NCBI GenBank assembly: GCA_934613645.1
Contig: CAKTTC010000001.1
Location: 214,751-278,750, forward strand
Direction: 5' to 3'
Length of the DNA: 64,000 nt
Source: an uncultured Opitutales bacterium
GTDB lineage: Bacteria > Verrucomicrobiota > Verrucomicrobiia > Opitutales > Intestinicryptomonadaceae
Shown one piece after another: positions 8,893 to 18,226 of the stretch (position 1 is its first letter; every line of letters starts with the position of its first letter). The notes under the pieces are model-generated. The model did no database searches, was not told the origin of the DNA, and was given only the letters and a program-made list of their open reading frames with translations. The translations under genes and the position numbers were made by a program.

Positions 8893-10634
8893 AATCTGTC
8901 AACCTTTCCTATGTTGTCGTATTTTTTGGAGGAGCACAACATCAGCGCGTAGAAGAAATACACGCCCGCAATTATCGCCACCGACGCCGTCGCAACCTTG
9001 TCGGGAGTTTCGCCCGCTATGTCCGAAATGTAGGGCGAAAGCGTGCCGTCGCCAACAACGCCGAGCACGTCTTTGGCAAACCAGAAAACGAACACCGCCA
9101 TCAGCACCGACGGCGACACATATTTTATCACGAACGAATACGCCCGCGGAAGTTTTATCAAAGAACCTTCGTTTGCAAGCCGCCTGCCCTTTTCGGCTCC
9201 GAACACCCACGCGAACAGGAACGTCTGAATCATCGCCATAAGGTAGACCATAACCTGCCCCGCCCAAAAGTCCATAGTGTCCATCGCCTTGAGGTCTTTG
9301 GAAAAATAGACCACAAAAAGCGAGATGAAAAGCGATACCATTCCGAGCATTGGAATTGAAACCTTTCGCGGAACGCGCGTTGCCTCCTCCAAAAAGGCGA
9401 CGCTCGGATAGAGCATTGAAATGGAGCTTGTAACCGCCGCTATGAAAAGCAGCGCAAAAAACAGAAAGCCGAAAAGTTCGCCGAACGGCATAGTGTGGAA
9501 GACAAGCGGCAGAACCTTAAAGCCCAAGTCGAACAGGCTAAGCCCCGCGCCGATAGCTCCCGCCACGCCGAAGAACGCAACGGCGGCGGGAACGGTTATC
9601 ATTCCGCCCAGACAGACTTCGAAAAACTCGTTCATACTGCACGAGGAAACCGCGCTCAAAACAATGTCCTGCTTGCGGCGCAGATAGCTTGCGTAGGTCA
9701 TTATTGCGGTAAACCCGACAGTGAGCGAAAAGAAAACCTGCCCGCATGCGGCAATCCATATCGAGGGGTTCGACAACTGCTCGAGCACTGAAATCGACAC
9801 AATCTTCCGCCTGACGGGCGAATTCTGCTTAGCCGAAAGTTCGTTGAATTTTTCCACCTGCGCGGAAACGGACGCAATTTCGGCGTCGCCCACGAGCGGG
9901 GCTATCTTCTCCCAGCCGCCGTCGGGCGTCGACTGCACAAGCTCCACTTTCACGGGGTTCCACATAAAGCCCAACCCCTGATTTATTGTGCGTTCGGGGT
10001 GCTCGGGCGAAACGTTGCCGAGCGTCATCATTCTGATTACGACAACAATCGCCACAACTACAAGCGTAGGCATTGCCACTTTGCAAAACGCCTCCACCCC
10101 CGCCGACACTCCCTTGTATATTATAAAGAAGTTCAGCAGAAACGACACCAAAAAGAACACCAGAACTTTGTCCGACGCAAACGAGATTGCGCCGCCGTTT
10201 TCGCCCGCCCCCACGAAGTCGGCAAAGAACGTCCTTGCCTGTTCTATTCCCGAAAAGGAAACGTTGCCCGCCAGAAAATTATACGCATACCCCAAGCACC
10301 ACGATTCAATGTAGATGTAGTAGCAATACACAATCAGCGTCAAAACCGCGCCCACAACTCCGACGTATGAAAAGAATTTGCTTCCGCCGAAAACGCCCAT
10401 AACGCCCGCCGCCGAGTGGTAGCCAAGCTCTCCGCCGCGCCTGCCGAGCGTCCACTCCACTATGGAAATGGGAACACCCACCAGAAAGAACGCGCACACA
10501 TACGCTATCATAAACGACGCCCCGCCGTAGACCGCCACAAGCCCGGGGAACTTCAGAAAATTGCCAAGCCCGACCGCGCTTCCCGCAACGGCAAGCACGA
10601 CGCCCAATTTGGAACTCCAACATTCTTTTTTCAT
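8889..10634 (-). CDS. Sodium-dependent transporter, neurotransmitter:sodium symporter (NSS/SNF) family
   Basis: WSSKLGVVLAVAGSAVGLGNFLKFPGLVAVYGGASFMIAY is the NSS signature region, with about 11-12 TM segments. The track start 10661 is a TTG. The ATG at 10634 (MKKECWSSKLG) lies 1 nt after the upstream TGA. Confidence 0.88.
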   Translation of the reverse strand: MKKECWSSKLGVVLAVAGSAVGLGNFLKFPGLVAVYGGASFMIAYVCAFFLVGVPISIVEWTLGRRGGELGYHSAAGVMGVFGGSKFFSYVGVVGAVLTLIVYCYYIYIESWCLGYAYNFLAGNVSFSGIEQARTFFADFVGAGENGGAISFASDKVLVFFLVSFLLNFFIIYKGVSAGVEAFCKVAMPTLVVVAIVVVIRMMTLGNVSPEHPERTINQGLGFMWNPVKVELVQSTPDGGWEKIAPLVGDAEIASVSAQVEKFNELSAKQNSPVRRKIVSISVLEQLSNPSIWIAACGQVFFSLTVGFTAIMTYASYLRRKQDIVLSAVSSCSMNEFFEVCLGGMITVPAAVAFFGVAGAIGAGLSLFDLGFKVLPLVFHTMPFGELFGFLFFALLFIAAVTSSISMLYPSVAFLEEATRVPRKVSIPMLGMVSLFISLFVVYFSKDLKAMDTMDFWAGQVMVYLMAMIQTFLFAWVFGAEKGRRLANEGSLIKLPRAYSFVIKYVSPSVLMAVFVFWFAKDVLGVVGDGTLSPYISDIAGETPDKVATASVAIIAGVYFFYALMLCSSKKYDNIGKVDRL

Positions 10635-10635
10635 A

Positions 10636-11319
10636 TCAGTTTTTGATATTGCCGTCCACAAGCTCCACTATTCTGTCGGCTATGTCGAGAATGCGGTTGT
10701 CGTGCGTTACAAGAACAACCGTAACGCCCAGCGTTTTGGCCATTTTGCGGATAATCTCCACGACCTCGCGCCCGCTTTTTTGGTCGAGCGACGCCGTCGG
10801 TTCGTCAGCCAAGACAATCGCGGGCTTGCGGATAAGCGCGCGCGCTATTGCGACGCGCTGGCGTTGTCCGCCCGAAAGGCGCGACGGTTTCTTTTGCGCG
10901 TGCTCCTCTATTCCCACTGTTTTTAGGGCTTCCAACGCGCGTTCTTTGGAGGACTGCGCCGTTGCGGTTTCGTCGAAGGCGAGCGGCAGGCGCACGTTTT
11001 CCGCAACAGTCAGCGAATTGAGAAGGTGGTGCGACTGAAATATGAACCCCAATCCCCTGCGGATTTTCACAAGCTCCTTCGCCGAAGCCCCGCCCAGCTC
11101 CACGCCGCCCACGCGCACGCTGCCCGACTGCAACGTAAGCTGCGCGCCGATGATTTTAAGCAGCGTCGATTTTCCCGAGCCCGAGGGGCCCATGATTATG
11201 ACAATCTCGCCCTCGTAGCAGTCCAAGTCTACCGAGTGCAGAACCTCCTTTGTCTCGTCGCCCTCCTTGTAGGAGTGGCGCAGGGAACGTATCGAAATTA
11301 TGGGTTTTGCGGGTTGCAT
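10636..11319 (-). CDS. ABC transporter ATP-binding protein (MacB/LolD/DevA-like group), with no cognate permease nearby
   Basis: Walker A GPSGSGKSTLLKIIG, signature LSGGQRQRVAIARAL, Walker B IVLADEPTASLD, H-loop VTHD. The track start 11331 is TTG. The ATG at 11319 lies 1 nt after the upstream TAA. Confidence 0.85.
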   Translation of the reverse strand: MQPAKPIISIRSLRHSYKEGDETKEVLHSVDLDCYEGEIVIIMGPSGSGKSTLLKIIGAQLTLQSGSVRVGGVELGGASAKELVKIRRGLGFIFQSHHLLNSLTVAENVRLPLAFDETATAQSSKERALEALKTVGIEEHAQKKPSRLSGGQRQRVAIARALIRKPAIVLADEPTASLDQKSGREVVEIIRKMAKTLGVTVVLVTHDNRILDIADRIVELVDGNIKN

Positions 11320-11320
11320 T

Positions 11321-13897
11321 TTATTTTTCAAGCGGCTTTAGCGAAATGCCGGAGATGTCGAACGTTTCGCCGTTTCCGCCGTTGGGAGATATAAAAAATA
11401 ATTTCTGGAATTTGAATGAATCTTCCTTGTATGGCAAACCAAATGAGGCAATTTTTTTGTCGGCGTCGAAAATTTCCACGCGCATTGTTTTGTCGGAATT
11501 GACGTGTGTCGGAAGAACGCAGACAAACCGCAGCCACTTGTCGGTAGGCAGCTGCACGCCGTCGATACGCCCGTCCAAAATCCGCATACGGGGATTGTTG
11601 ACGGGCTTAATGTCCGAGCGGAATTCCACTTTCATGCTTGCCTTTTCGCCGAAACGCGCATTGAAGACAAGCTCAACGTAGTCCGCCGAAGGCAGGTTGA
11701 AGTCGAAGGAGAAATACGGCCTGACGTCGGGGAAATAATCGCGAATGCGCAGGAATTTTGCGCCGTTTTCCCCGACAATCAACGCCGATTTTCCGTCGAG
11801 GCCCGATCCCGCAATCGAAGCCTTTGCCGGCCCAACGCCGAATTTCGAAAAATCGACTTCCACGGGAATTTCGGGCAGCACAAAATTGTGTTCGAACATC
11901 GGCGGATACTTGTAGCCCGCCAAAATTTCGGCGGCGCGCTTTTTCATTTTCCCGCGCACGCCCGCCCTCGAAACGTCAATCGGCTTGAATCCGATAATGT
12001 CGAGACCGCGCTTTTGTGCAAGCAGCGCGTCTATATCGACCTCCATCTCCACGGAATTTGCGTCCTGCCCCGATTCGGCGCGCCATTGGTCGAAGCCGAG
12101 TTCGCCGAAAAGCAGTTTTCCGCCCTTGTTGAAATACGCGTTTGAGTCGATTTTCGCCGCGCTTGCGGGCACCGGATTGTTTCCTCCGAAAAGCGTTGCG
12201 GGCGGGGAGAACTGGACTATGTTGTTTGTGAATGTGTAGGAATTCGGCTCTCTGCGCCCCAAGCCGAACTGGTATTCGCGGGAGTCGCGGATAATGTTGT
12301 TTCTGATTGTGCAGCTTTGACCGTAGTGCATATAATACCCCCCGCGGCTCGAATTTCTGACGTAGTTGTTTTCAACGAGCCAAAACGCCGAACCTTCGTC
12401 GTTATAGATGCCCCACGCGCCGTAGTCGAGGCAGTCTATGTTCTCAATTACGTTGCCGACTATCTTGGAATTCGGCGACTTGCCGAGCGTATAAATTCCG
12501 CCTATGTCGTTCAGGCTTTTGAAACAGAGGTCGTGTATTTTGTTGAACGAAATCGACGTATTTTTCGTCTGGGTTGCGCCGCCGCCCCACGTCCAGCCGT
12601 ATGAAATACCCGTATAGTAGCCGTCGAAAATTTCGTTGTGGACTATTTTGCAGTTCGGCACATCGAAGACCAAAATCCCGGCGCCGCTTTGCGACACGCG
12701 CCCGTATTTGTAAATCAGGCAGTCTTTCACGGTGATATTATGCGTTAAAAGCGGCTGAAATGAAACTTTGTTGATTCTTGAGTAATAGGCCAAATTGGCG
12801 GCTTGCCCGATTTTTATTCCGCCCAAGCCGATATCTGTAAATTCGCAGTTTTTTACCGTTGCAAATTCGACACCGCTTTCCAGCCACAGCGCGTATGAGT
12901 CAATCTTCGAAAAACGGCAGTTCTCGAAAGACACGTTCGCCGCCCGACTCACTTTCACGCACGCGAACGAGTTCGCCGCCGACTGGCTGTATGCCGCAAA
13001 AAAATCGCGCCCCTTCCAGCTGTTTTTTGCAAAGCCGACCGCCGCGCCTTCGAATTTGGCGTTTTTGATTTTTATATTTTTAACCTGTTTGCGCTCCCCG
13101 CCTTCGAATTTTCCGCGGATTTCAAACGGCGTTATGACCGCGGGGTATTCAACCAAAGCCGACTCCATTTGTTCGCCGTCGCGCGGTAGATAGTAGATTT
13201 TTGAGTTTTGCCTGTCGAAATAGAATTCTCCCTTTTCGTCGAATCCCGCAAGCGTATTGTAGACTATATAGGACGAATACCTGCAATTCCTGAACATCGA
13301 TGTGTCGAGCGGCGCGGAAAACAGAACTTCATAGACATTCCCCTTCTTTTCTACCGAACCGAAACCGACGTTTATTTGAACCCAATTTCTGAACGTGCCC
13401 AAATACATATTTTTTTTCTCGGCATCGGACAATTTTGAAAAGAACTCGCCGTCTTTCGGGAACACCCGCATTCCACTGGTCGAGCCGTGGTGCGAACTCG
13501 TATCGGGTATGCGCGAATGCGCCAATATGCGCGTATTGTTCGGGTGGCGCGAACACGAAGCGCGCACGCCGTTTACGAAAATCGACGGAATCAGGTCTTC
13601 CGACTTCAAGTCCGCCTCCCACGCACCCGCGCGGATATTCGACTTGCGCCAGCCCGAAATTTTTCTCGCCCCCGTAATCAGCGCGCCGCCGCCGTTTATG
13701 GACAGCCCGCTATGGCGTTCGTCCAAAACGACGGGCTTTTCAAGCCTGTATTTCGCGCCGGCTAAATCGGCGCGTTTTTCGGCGGAAGCAACTGCGGCGT
13801 CGAGCTTTGCCTGCAAGTCCTCCGCCGAATAAAATTTCTCAGCTCCCCCCGCAAGCAACGGCACAACCGCCGCAAAAAACAATATAGATAATTTCAT
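11321..13897 (-). CDS. Secreted right-handed parallel beta-helix repeat protein (putative polysaccharide-active enzyme)
   Basis: 858 aa. Signal peptide MKLSILFFAAVVPLLAGGA. The central region has periodic beta-helix turns (ITVKDCLIYKYGR...NCKIVHNEIFDGYYTGISYGW...SKIVGNVIENIDC...WLVENNYVRNSSRGGYYMH...CTIRNNIIRDS). Confidence 0.6.
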   Translation of the reverse strand: MKLSILFFAAVVPLLAGGAEKFYSAEDLQAKLDAAVASAEKRADLAGAKYRLEKPVVLDERHSGLSINGGGALITGARKISGWRKSNIRAGAWEADLKSEDLIPSIFVNGVRASCSRHPNNTRILAHSRIPDTSSHHGSTSGMRVFPKDGEFFSKLSDAEKKNMYLGTFRNWVQINVGFGSVEKKGNVYEVLFSAPLDTSMFRNCRYSSYIVYNTLAGFDEKGEFYFDRQNSKIYYLPRDGEQMESALVEYPAVITPFEIRGKFEGGERKQVKNIKIKNAKFEGAAVGFAKNSWKGRDFFAAYSQSAANSFACVKVSRAANVSFENCRFSKIDSYALWLESGVEFATVKNCEFTDIGLGGIKIGQAANLAYYSRINKVSFQPLLTHNITVKDCLIYKYGRVSQSGAGILVFDVPNCKIVHNEIFDGYYTGISYGWTWGGGATQTKNTSISFNKIHDLCFKSLNDIGGIYTLGKSPNSKIVGNVIENIDCLDYGAWGIYNDEGSAFWLVENNYVRNSSRGGYYMHYGQSCTIRNNIIRDSREYQFGLGRREPNSYTFTNNIVQFSPPATLFGGNNPVPASAAKIDSNAYFNKGGKLLFGELGFDQWRAESGQDANSVEMEVDIDALLAQKRGLDIIGFKPIDVSRAGVRGKMKKRAAEILAGYKYPPMFEHNFVLPEIPVEVDFSKFGVGPAKASIAGSGLDGKSALIVGENGAKFLRIRDYFPDVRPYFSFDFNLPSADYVELVFNARFGEKASMKVEFRSDIKPVNNPRMRILDGRIDGVQLPTDKWLRFVCVLPTHVNSDKTMRVEIFDADKKIASFGLPYKEDSFKFQKLFFISPNGGNGETFDISGISLKPLEK

Positions 13898-13993
13898 AAA
13901 TTAAAGTTAACAAAATTTAAACGCAATGAAAAGCAAAAAACAACCGCCTCAAACCTGCGCCCATTCACAATGCTATTTCCCGCAAAAGTCCAC

Positions 13994-14021
13994 AAAAAAA
14001 GCGACTCGGTAAAGAGTCGCC
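13994..14021 (-). terminator. Intrinsic terminator downstream of the Pal-like gene
   Basis: Minus strand reads GGCGACTC-TTTACC-GAGTCGC followed by T7. Confidence 0.75.
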
Positions 14022-14042
14022 CTTCGCGGCATTTGCCTAAAT

Positions 14043-14618
14043 TTATTTGACCTTAACGATGTCTACGCGGCGGTCGTGCTTGGCTTCGGGAGAATCCTTG
14101 GCGACGTCTACAACTGCGCCCTGTTCGCCGCGGGCAACCGTTTCAAGCTTGTCGCCGTTGACGCCCAAGCCGAGCATATATTCCTGAACCGACTTGCAAC
14201 GCTTGTCGGAAAGGAGCATATTGTATTCTTCAGTGCCATACCAGTCTGTATGACCTACCAAATACACTTTCATATTGGGGTTTGCCTTGAAAAATTCCGC
14301 AGCCTTCTTGACGTTTTCGCGTTCCGAGCCCGCAATGGCATACTGGTTGAAGCCGAAGTAGATTGTGCTTACAATGTCTTCGGGGTTGATGTTTTCGGGG
14401 TCGAAGCCCAAGCCTCCGTTCAAGCCCGAATCCCTCTGCTGCAAGCCGTCGGAAAGCGCGCCGTTGTCGGAGAGGTCGTCTCCGCCGAGAGTGGAAGCAC
14501 CGCTTGTGCCGCCCTGAGCGGCGGTGTCGCCGATGGACGGGGGTTCGTCCATATCGTTACACGCTGACATAAAAAACATTGTCGCAACAAACGACGCTAT
14601 AAGGAGGATTTTTTTCAT
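14043..14618 (-). CDS. OmpA-family / peptidoglycan-associated lipoprotein (Pal-like)
   Basis: Start trimmed to MKKILLIASFVATMFFMSACND (lipobox). C-terminal OmpA domain: IYFGFNQYAI...VYLVGHTDWYGTEEYNMLLSDKRCKSVQEYM...GEQ. Confidence 0.82.
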   Translation of the reverse strand: MKKILLIASFVATMFFMSACNDMDEPPSIGDTAAQGGTSGASTLGGDDLSDNGALSDGLQQRDSGLNGGLGFDPENINPEDIVSTIYFGFNQYAIAGSERENVKKAAEFFKANPNMKVYLVGHTDWYGTEEYNMLLSDKRCKSVQEYMLGLGVNGDKLETVARGEQGAVVDVAKDSPEAKHDRRVDIVKVK

Positions 14619-14708
14619 AACTGCTATAAATAAATTGTTTCCGATAATATGTTTTGCAAGTTTTCCCATATTTTCGTTTTTTGCAAGCCTTTTTTACAAA
14701 AAACTCGG

Positions 14709-15374
14709 CTACATCACCCGACGGTATTTCGACATCGGCACAATAAGCCGCTTGTTTTTCGGGATTGTGATTTTGTAGTTTTTGAAATTCATTTCGTTTT
14801 CAATCTGCATTTGAAGCTCGTAGGCGCGCTTGCGCAAAAGCTCAAGCTCCGCCTGACGCACCTTCAGACGCTCTATTTCGGCCTCGCGCTCGTCGAGTTG
14901 GCGGCGCATTTTCTCTATGTCGGCACTCAGGTTCTGCGTTTTCTTGGCGTTTTTGAGCGAAGCAAGCACTTTGTTTGTTTCCGAAACCGATTTTGCAAGG
15001 CGGTCGCGCTCGCGCGCAAGTTCGTCCGAAGCCCTTTCCGCAGCCAGACGCGCGTCGGCCTCGCGCTCAAGCTGGGCGTTCATTGAAGCGACAAGCTCTT
15101 TTTGCGTCATTTCGCTTTTGAGCTTTGCCTGCTCAAGCATTTCGCGAGCCTGTCTTGCCTTCTCCGCGCTTTCAACCGCCTGCCTGTCGGCCATCACGCT
15201 GCGCTGCTGCGCCTGTTTTGTTTCGCGCTCCATTTCGGCAACCATTGACGCCGCTTTTTCCTCTGTAATAACCGCCTGCCGATGCTCGCGCTGGTATTTG
15301 ACAAAAAACACCAACGCCGTAAAAGACAACAGACATACGGCGAAAATGAACAGTCGCTGAAAATCCTTAAACAT
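14709..15374 (-). CDS. Membrane-anchored coiled-coil protein, function unknown
   Basis: The track ORF 14709..15551 overlaps apbE. The ATG at 15374 gives MFKDFQRLFIFAVCLLSFTALVFFV (one TM) followed by ~170 aa of E/K/R/A/Q-rich heptad-like sequence. Confidence 0.5.
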   Translation of the reverse strand: MFKDFQRLFIFAVCLLSFTALVFFVKYQREHRQAVITEEKAASMVAEMERETKQAQQRSVMADRQAVESAEKARQAREMLEQAKLKSEMTQKELVASMNAQLEREADARLAAERASDELARERDRLAKSVSETNKVLASLKNAKKTQNLSADIEKMRRQLDEREAEIERLKVRQAELELLRKRAYELQMQIENEMNFKNYKITIPKNKRLIVPMSKYRRVM

Positions 15375-15437
15375 AGTTTTAGCTTCCACTAAAAAGCTTG
15401 ATTTTGCAACCAAATTCGCCTCAATTATAACAGATTT

Positions 15438-16277
15438 ATGGCAAAGGAAGAAAACGTTTTCGAATACGAATTTATGAATACGTCGCTGCAGATTGTTCTG
15501 CCGAACGTAGACGCCCGCACCGCACGCACCGTGGCATACGAATGCGAACAAACCGTTTTGAACATCGAGGACGCCCTGAGCATGTTCAAATACGGGGGCG
15601 ACATTTCAATTCTCAACAACGCGGAAGTTGGCGAAGTCGTGAAAATCGGCGAATACACGCAGGAGTGCCTGCTTGCGGCGTTCAAGGCGTGCGAAATCTC
15701 GAAGGGGGCGGTCGACGTTTGCATGGGCGAATTTTTCCTGAAGGCGAAAAAAATCGGCGAAATTGCAACGCCCGACACTCCGCGTCGGGGCAAATTCGCG
15801 CTCGACACCGAAAACTATCTCGTCAAAAAGCTCGAAGACGGAAAAATTGACTTCGGCTCAATCGGCAAGGGCTACACGCTCGACAAACTCGACGACATTT
15901 TTACCTACTGGAACATACGCGACGCGTTCGTTTCCTTCGGCGCAAGCTCCATTTTGGCGTTGGGGCAAAACGCCGACGGCAAAGACTGGCCGATAAATTT
16001 GGGCGACAAATGCACCGACACAATCTCCAACGTGTTTGTGGGGGCGTCGGGCAAGTCGGTTTTGGGCGAACATATCATCGACTGCCGCACGGGGGAACTT
16101 CCGAAAAACCCGAAGTTCAGAACGTGGGCGTTCTCGGGCAACGGCGCAATTTCCGACGCAATGGCAACAGCGTTTATGATTTTGGACATTCCCGACATCG
16201 CCGAAATTTGCAGCCAATACGACATCTCCGCCGCCGTGCAAATATCGGAAGATTCCGACATCGAATTTATTGGCTGA
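15438..16277 (+). CDS. apbE: FAD:protein FMN transferase (ApbE family), short form without signal peptide
   Basis: FEYEFMNTSLQIVL (F..MgT motif region), DFGSIGKGYTLDKL, GASGKSVLGEHIIDCRTGE, AISDAMATAFMIL. Confidence 0.7.
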   Translation: MAKEENVFEYEFMNTSLQIVLPNVDARTARTVAYECEQTVLNIEDALSMFKYGGDISILNNAEVGEVVKIGEYTQECLLAAFKACEISKGAVDVCMGEFFLKAKKIGEIATPDTPRRGKFALDTENYLVKKLEDGKIDFGSIGKGYTLDKLDDIFTYWNIRDAFVSFGASSILALGQNADGKDWPINLGDKCTDTISNVFVGASGKSVLGEHIIDCRTGELPKNPKFRTWAFSGNGAISDAMATAFMILDIPDIAEICSQYDISAAVQISEDSDIEFIG

Positions 16278-16574
16278 CGCTCCCGCTTTGCGGCAATTTC
16301 CCCGCGCGTAAAGTGCCACACAAAAACGCCCCCTCCGCCCCGTGCACGAACAAACGCGCACCCCAACCCGAAAAGTGTTGCACGCGAATAAACGCGCAAT
16401 GCCGACTCGCAAACTGCCGTGCACGAAGAACCCCTCTGAAAGTAAACCGCCGCGCATAAAACGCCCCGCCCCGACCGAAAAGAACCGCCGCGAAGAACTG
16501 CCCTGCCTGCCAATACACTCTGCGGAACTCCGCCGCCCCCCGCGGCTCTTCGCGGGAAGCCTCGGCAACGGACA

Positions 16575-16605
16575 CAAAAAACGCCCGCCTGTTTTCAGAC
16601 GGACG
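16575..16605 (-). terminator. Intrinsic terminator of the 454-aa gene
   Basis: Minus strand reads CGUCCGUCUG-AAAA-CAGGCGGGCG (10 bp including two G-U pairs) followed by U6. The plus-strand version has C-A mismatches, so it favours the minus strand. Confidence 0.65.
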
Positions 16606-16625
16606 TTTTGCTTGAAAGCGCGAAG

Positions 16626-17990
16626 TTATTTGCCCGCGCTTGCCGATATTTTAGCGGCAAAGTCGGAAGCCGCGGCGAATTGGGCTTTCGCCTTCTCTGA
16701 AAGCTCGGCAATGTTTTTGTCGGTTATGGCATTCTGCGAAAGCTGCGTTTTGTATCCGATTTCCGCCATCAAAATGCCCGACGAAAGACGCTGCTGCGTT
16801 GCGGCGATGTTGGCTATCGTCCGCGAAAGCAACTCGGAAGCCTTTTGCCCGTATTGCGCCACTTCGTCCGAAGCCGAAACAACCGCCTCCGTCTGTTGCC
16901 GCAACACCGCCGCAACCGCCTTTATTTGCGATGTAGCCGTCTTTATTTTTACGCACGCAAGCAGAACGTCTTGGCGGATTCTCTTTTCATAATTCTGCTC
17001 GCGCGCGGTCTGAGCTGCCGAATTGGTTTTGCGCAGTCTGGCGGAATCGGTGAAGTTTCTGCCGAGCGGAAGTCTTGCATAGCCCAAGTCCGACACGGGC
17101 TGCGCCTTGAACGCGGCTGCTTCGGAGTTTTCCCTACACAACGCCGCCGAAGCCGAACGCCTTTCCGATTGGGCGGAAAGCTCGGGCAAGATGTAGTCGT
17201 TGTTTTCGGGAATTTCGTCAGAACCCATTTTCGATTTCGCAAGAGCTGACAACGCCGTAAGCGACGCCGTTCGAGTGCGTGAATACAGCCCGCAAATTTC
17301 GGAAAAATCGTCGTATTTTGAGATGAATTTTTCAAGAAGCTCCGCAGTTTTAGCGTCGAGCTTTTCCGCCTTTTCGAGGTCGGCGGGCGCAAGTGCCGCG
17401 TAGGTTTCAAGGCTCTTTCGGCACATCGCAAGAGTGTCGTTGACGCCCTCGGCAACCGCCTTTACAACGGCGGCGTTTGCGTTCGCCTTTAACGCCTCGC
17501 TCTGCGCCGCAACAAGCTGCGAGCACGCGGAATCATACGCCGATTTCACGCCTTCAAAATACCGCTGGTCTTGGTAGTTGTCGCCGGGGTTGCTCAACAC
17601 AGCCAAATTGGTTTTCTCAATAATATCCCCGATTTCTGGATTGGGAGCAATCGGCGTCTTCAGACTTGCCGCCAAGTCGGCAGCAACCAAAGCGGCAATG
17701 GCTTCGCTCTTGGAAAAATCCGACTTCAGGCGTTCGAACTCGAACTCTGCGCGGTCGATTTTGAAGCTTAAAACGCGCGCGTCCGATAGAAGTTGGCGCG
17801 CAGACGAATTAAGCGACGTTGCCTCGGAATGCGCGGTTTTCAGAATCGAAAAAAGCGCGTCGGTTGAGTCCACCGCACTTTGAAACGAATTCGACAGCGA
17901 AACAATGTCGGAAACCGATTTTTGGGGTTGCGCAAACCCCGCAGTTGCGGCAACCGCCGCCGTTAAATAAACGAGTGCATGTTTTTTCAT
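16626..17990 (-). CDS. Secreted Ala/Ser-rich all-alpha protein, no recognisable family
   Basis: 454 aa. Signal peptide MKKHALVYLTAAVAATAGFAQ. The rest is low in aromatic residues, looks helical, and has no motif I recognise. Confidence 0.45.
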   Translation of the reverse strand: MKKHALVYLTAAVAATAGFAQPQKSVSDIVSLSNSFQSAVDSTDALFSILKTAHSEATSLNSSARQLLSDARVLSFKIDRAEFEFERLKSDFSKSEAIAALVAADLAASLKTPIAPNPEIGDIIEKTNLAVLSNPGDNYQDQRYFEGVKSAYDSACSQLVAAQSEALKANANAAVVKAVAEGVNDTLAMCRKSLETYAALAPADLEKAEKLDAKTAELLEKFISKYDDFSEICGLYSRTRTASLTALSALAKSKMGSDEIPENNDYILPELSAQSERRSASAALCRENSEAAAFKAQPVSDLGYARLPLGRNFTDSARLRKTNSAAQTAREQNYEKRIRQDVLLACVKIKTATSQIKAVAAVLRQQTEAVVSASDEVAQYGQKASELLSRTIANIAATQQRLSSGILMAEIGYKTQLSQNAITDKNIAELSEKAKAQFAAASDFAAKISASAGK

Positions 17991-18103
17991 ATTTTTTTTG
18001 CGATTTAAGTTGGCGTGTGTATTGCCTGTAAGACAGGTTAAACGGAATAAAGTTTCGGCAAATAACCGTTAAAACGTGAAAATGTAAAAAAACAAAAATA
18101 TGG

Positions 18104-18132
18104 TTGACAGACACACTAAAACGTGAGTTAAT
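18104..18132 (+). promoter_or_regulatory. Candidate sigma70-type promoter for tRNA-His
   Basis: TTGACA (18104-18109), a 17-nt spacer, then GTTAAT (18127-18132), about 16 nt upstream of the tRNA 5' end. The -10 element is only 4/6. Confidence 0.35.
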
Positions 18133-18148
18133 GCGAGACTTTAAAGCT

Positions 18149-18226
18149 GGTGGCAGTAGCTCAGTTGGTTAGAGCATCGGATTGTGGTTCCGAGGGTCGT
18201 GGGTTCGAGTCCCATTTGCCACCCCA
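18149..18226 (+). tRNA. tRNA-His (anticodon GTG) with encoded G-1 and CCA
   Basis: Manual fold: G(-1), then GTGGCAG / TTGCCAC acceptor stem, D arm GCTC..GAGC, anticodon arm TCGGA-TTGTGGT-TCCGA (GTG at 34-36), T arm GTGGG-TTCGAGT-CCCAT, discriminator C73 pairing with G-1, and 3' CCA. Confidence 0.92.

Noticed and set aside
16278-16574. RNase P, 6S, SRP or tmRNA gene in the 300-nt convergent spacer
   Set aside because: None of the universal motifs (e.g. GAGGAAAGTCC for RNase P, a tRNA-like end plus tag ORF for tmRNA) are present. It is kept only as a low-interest observation.
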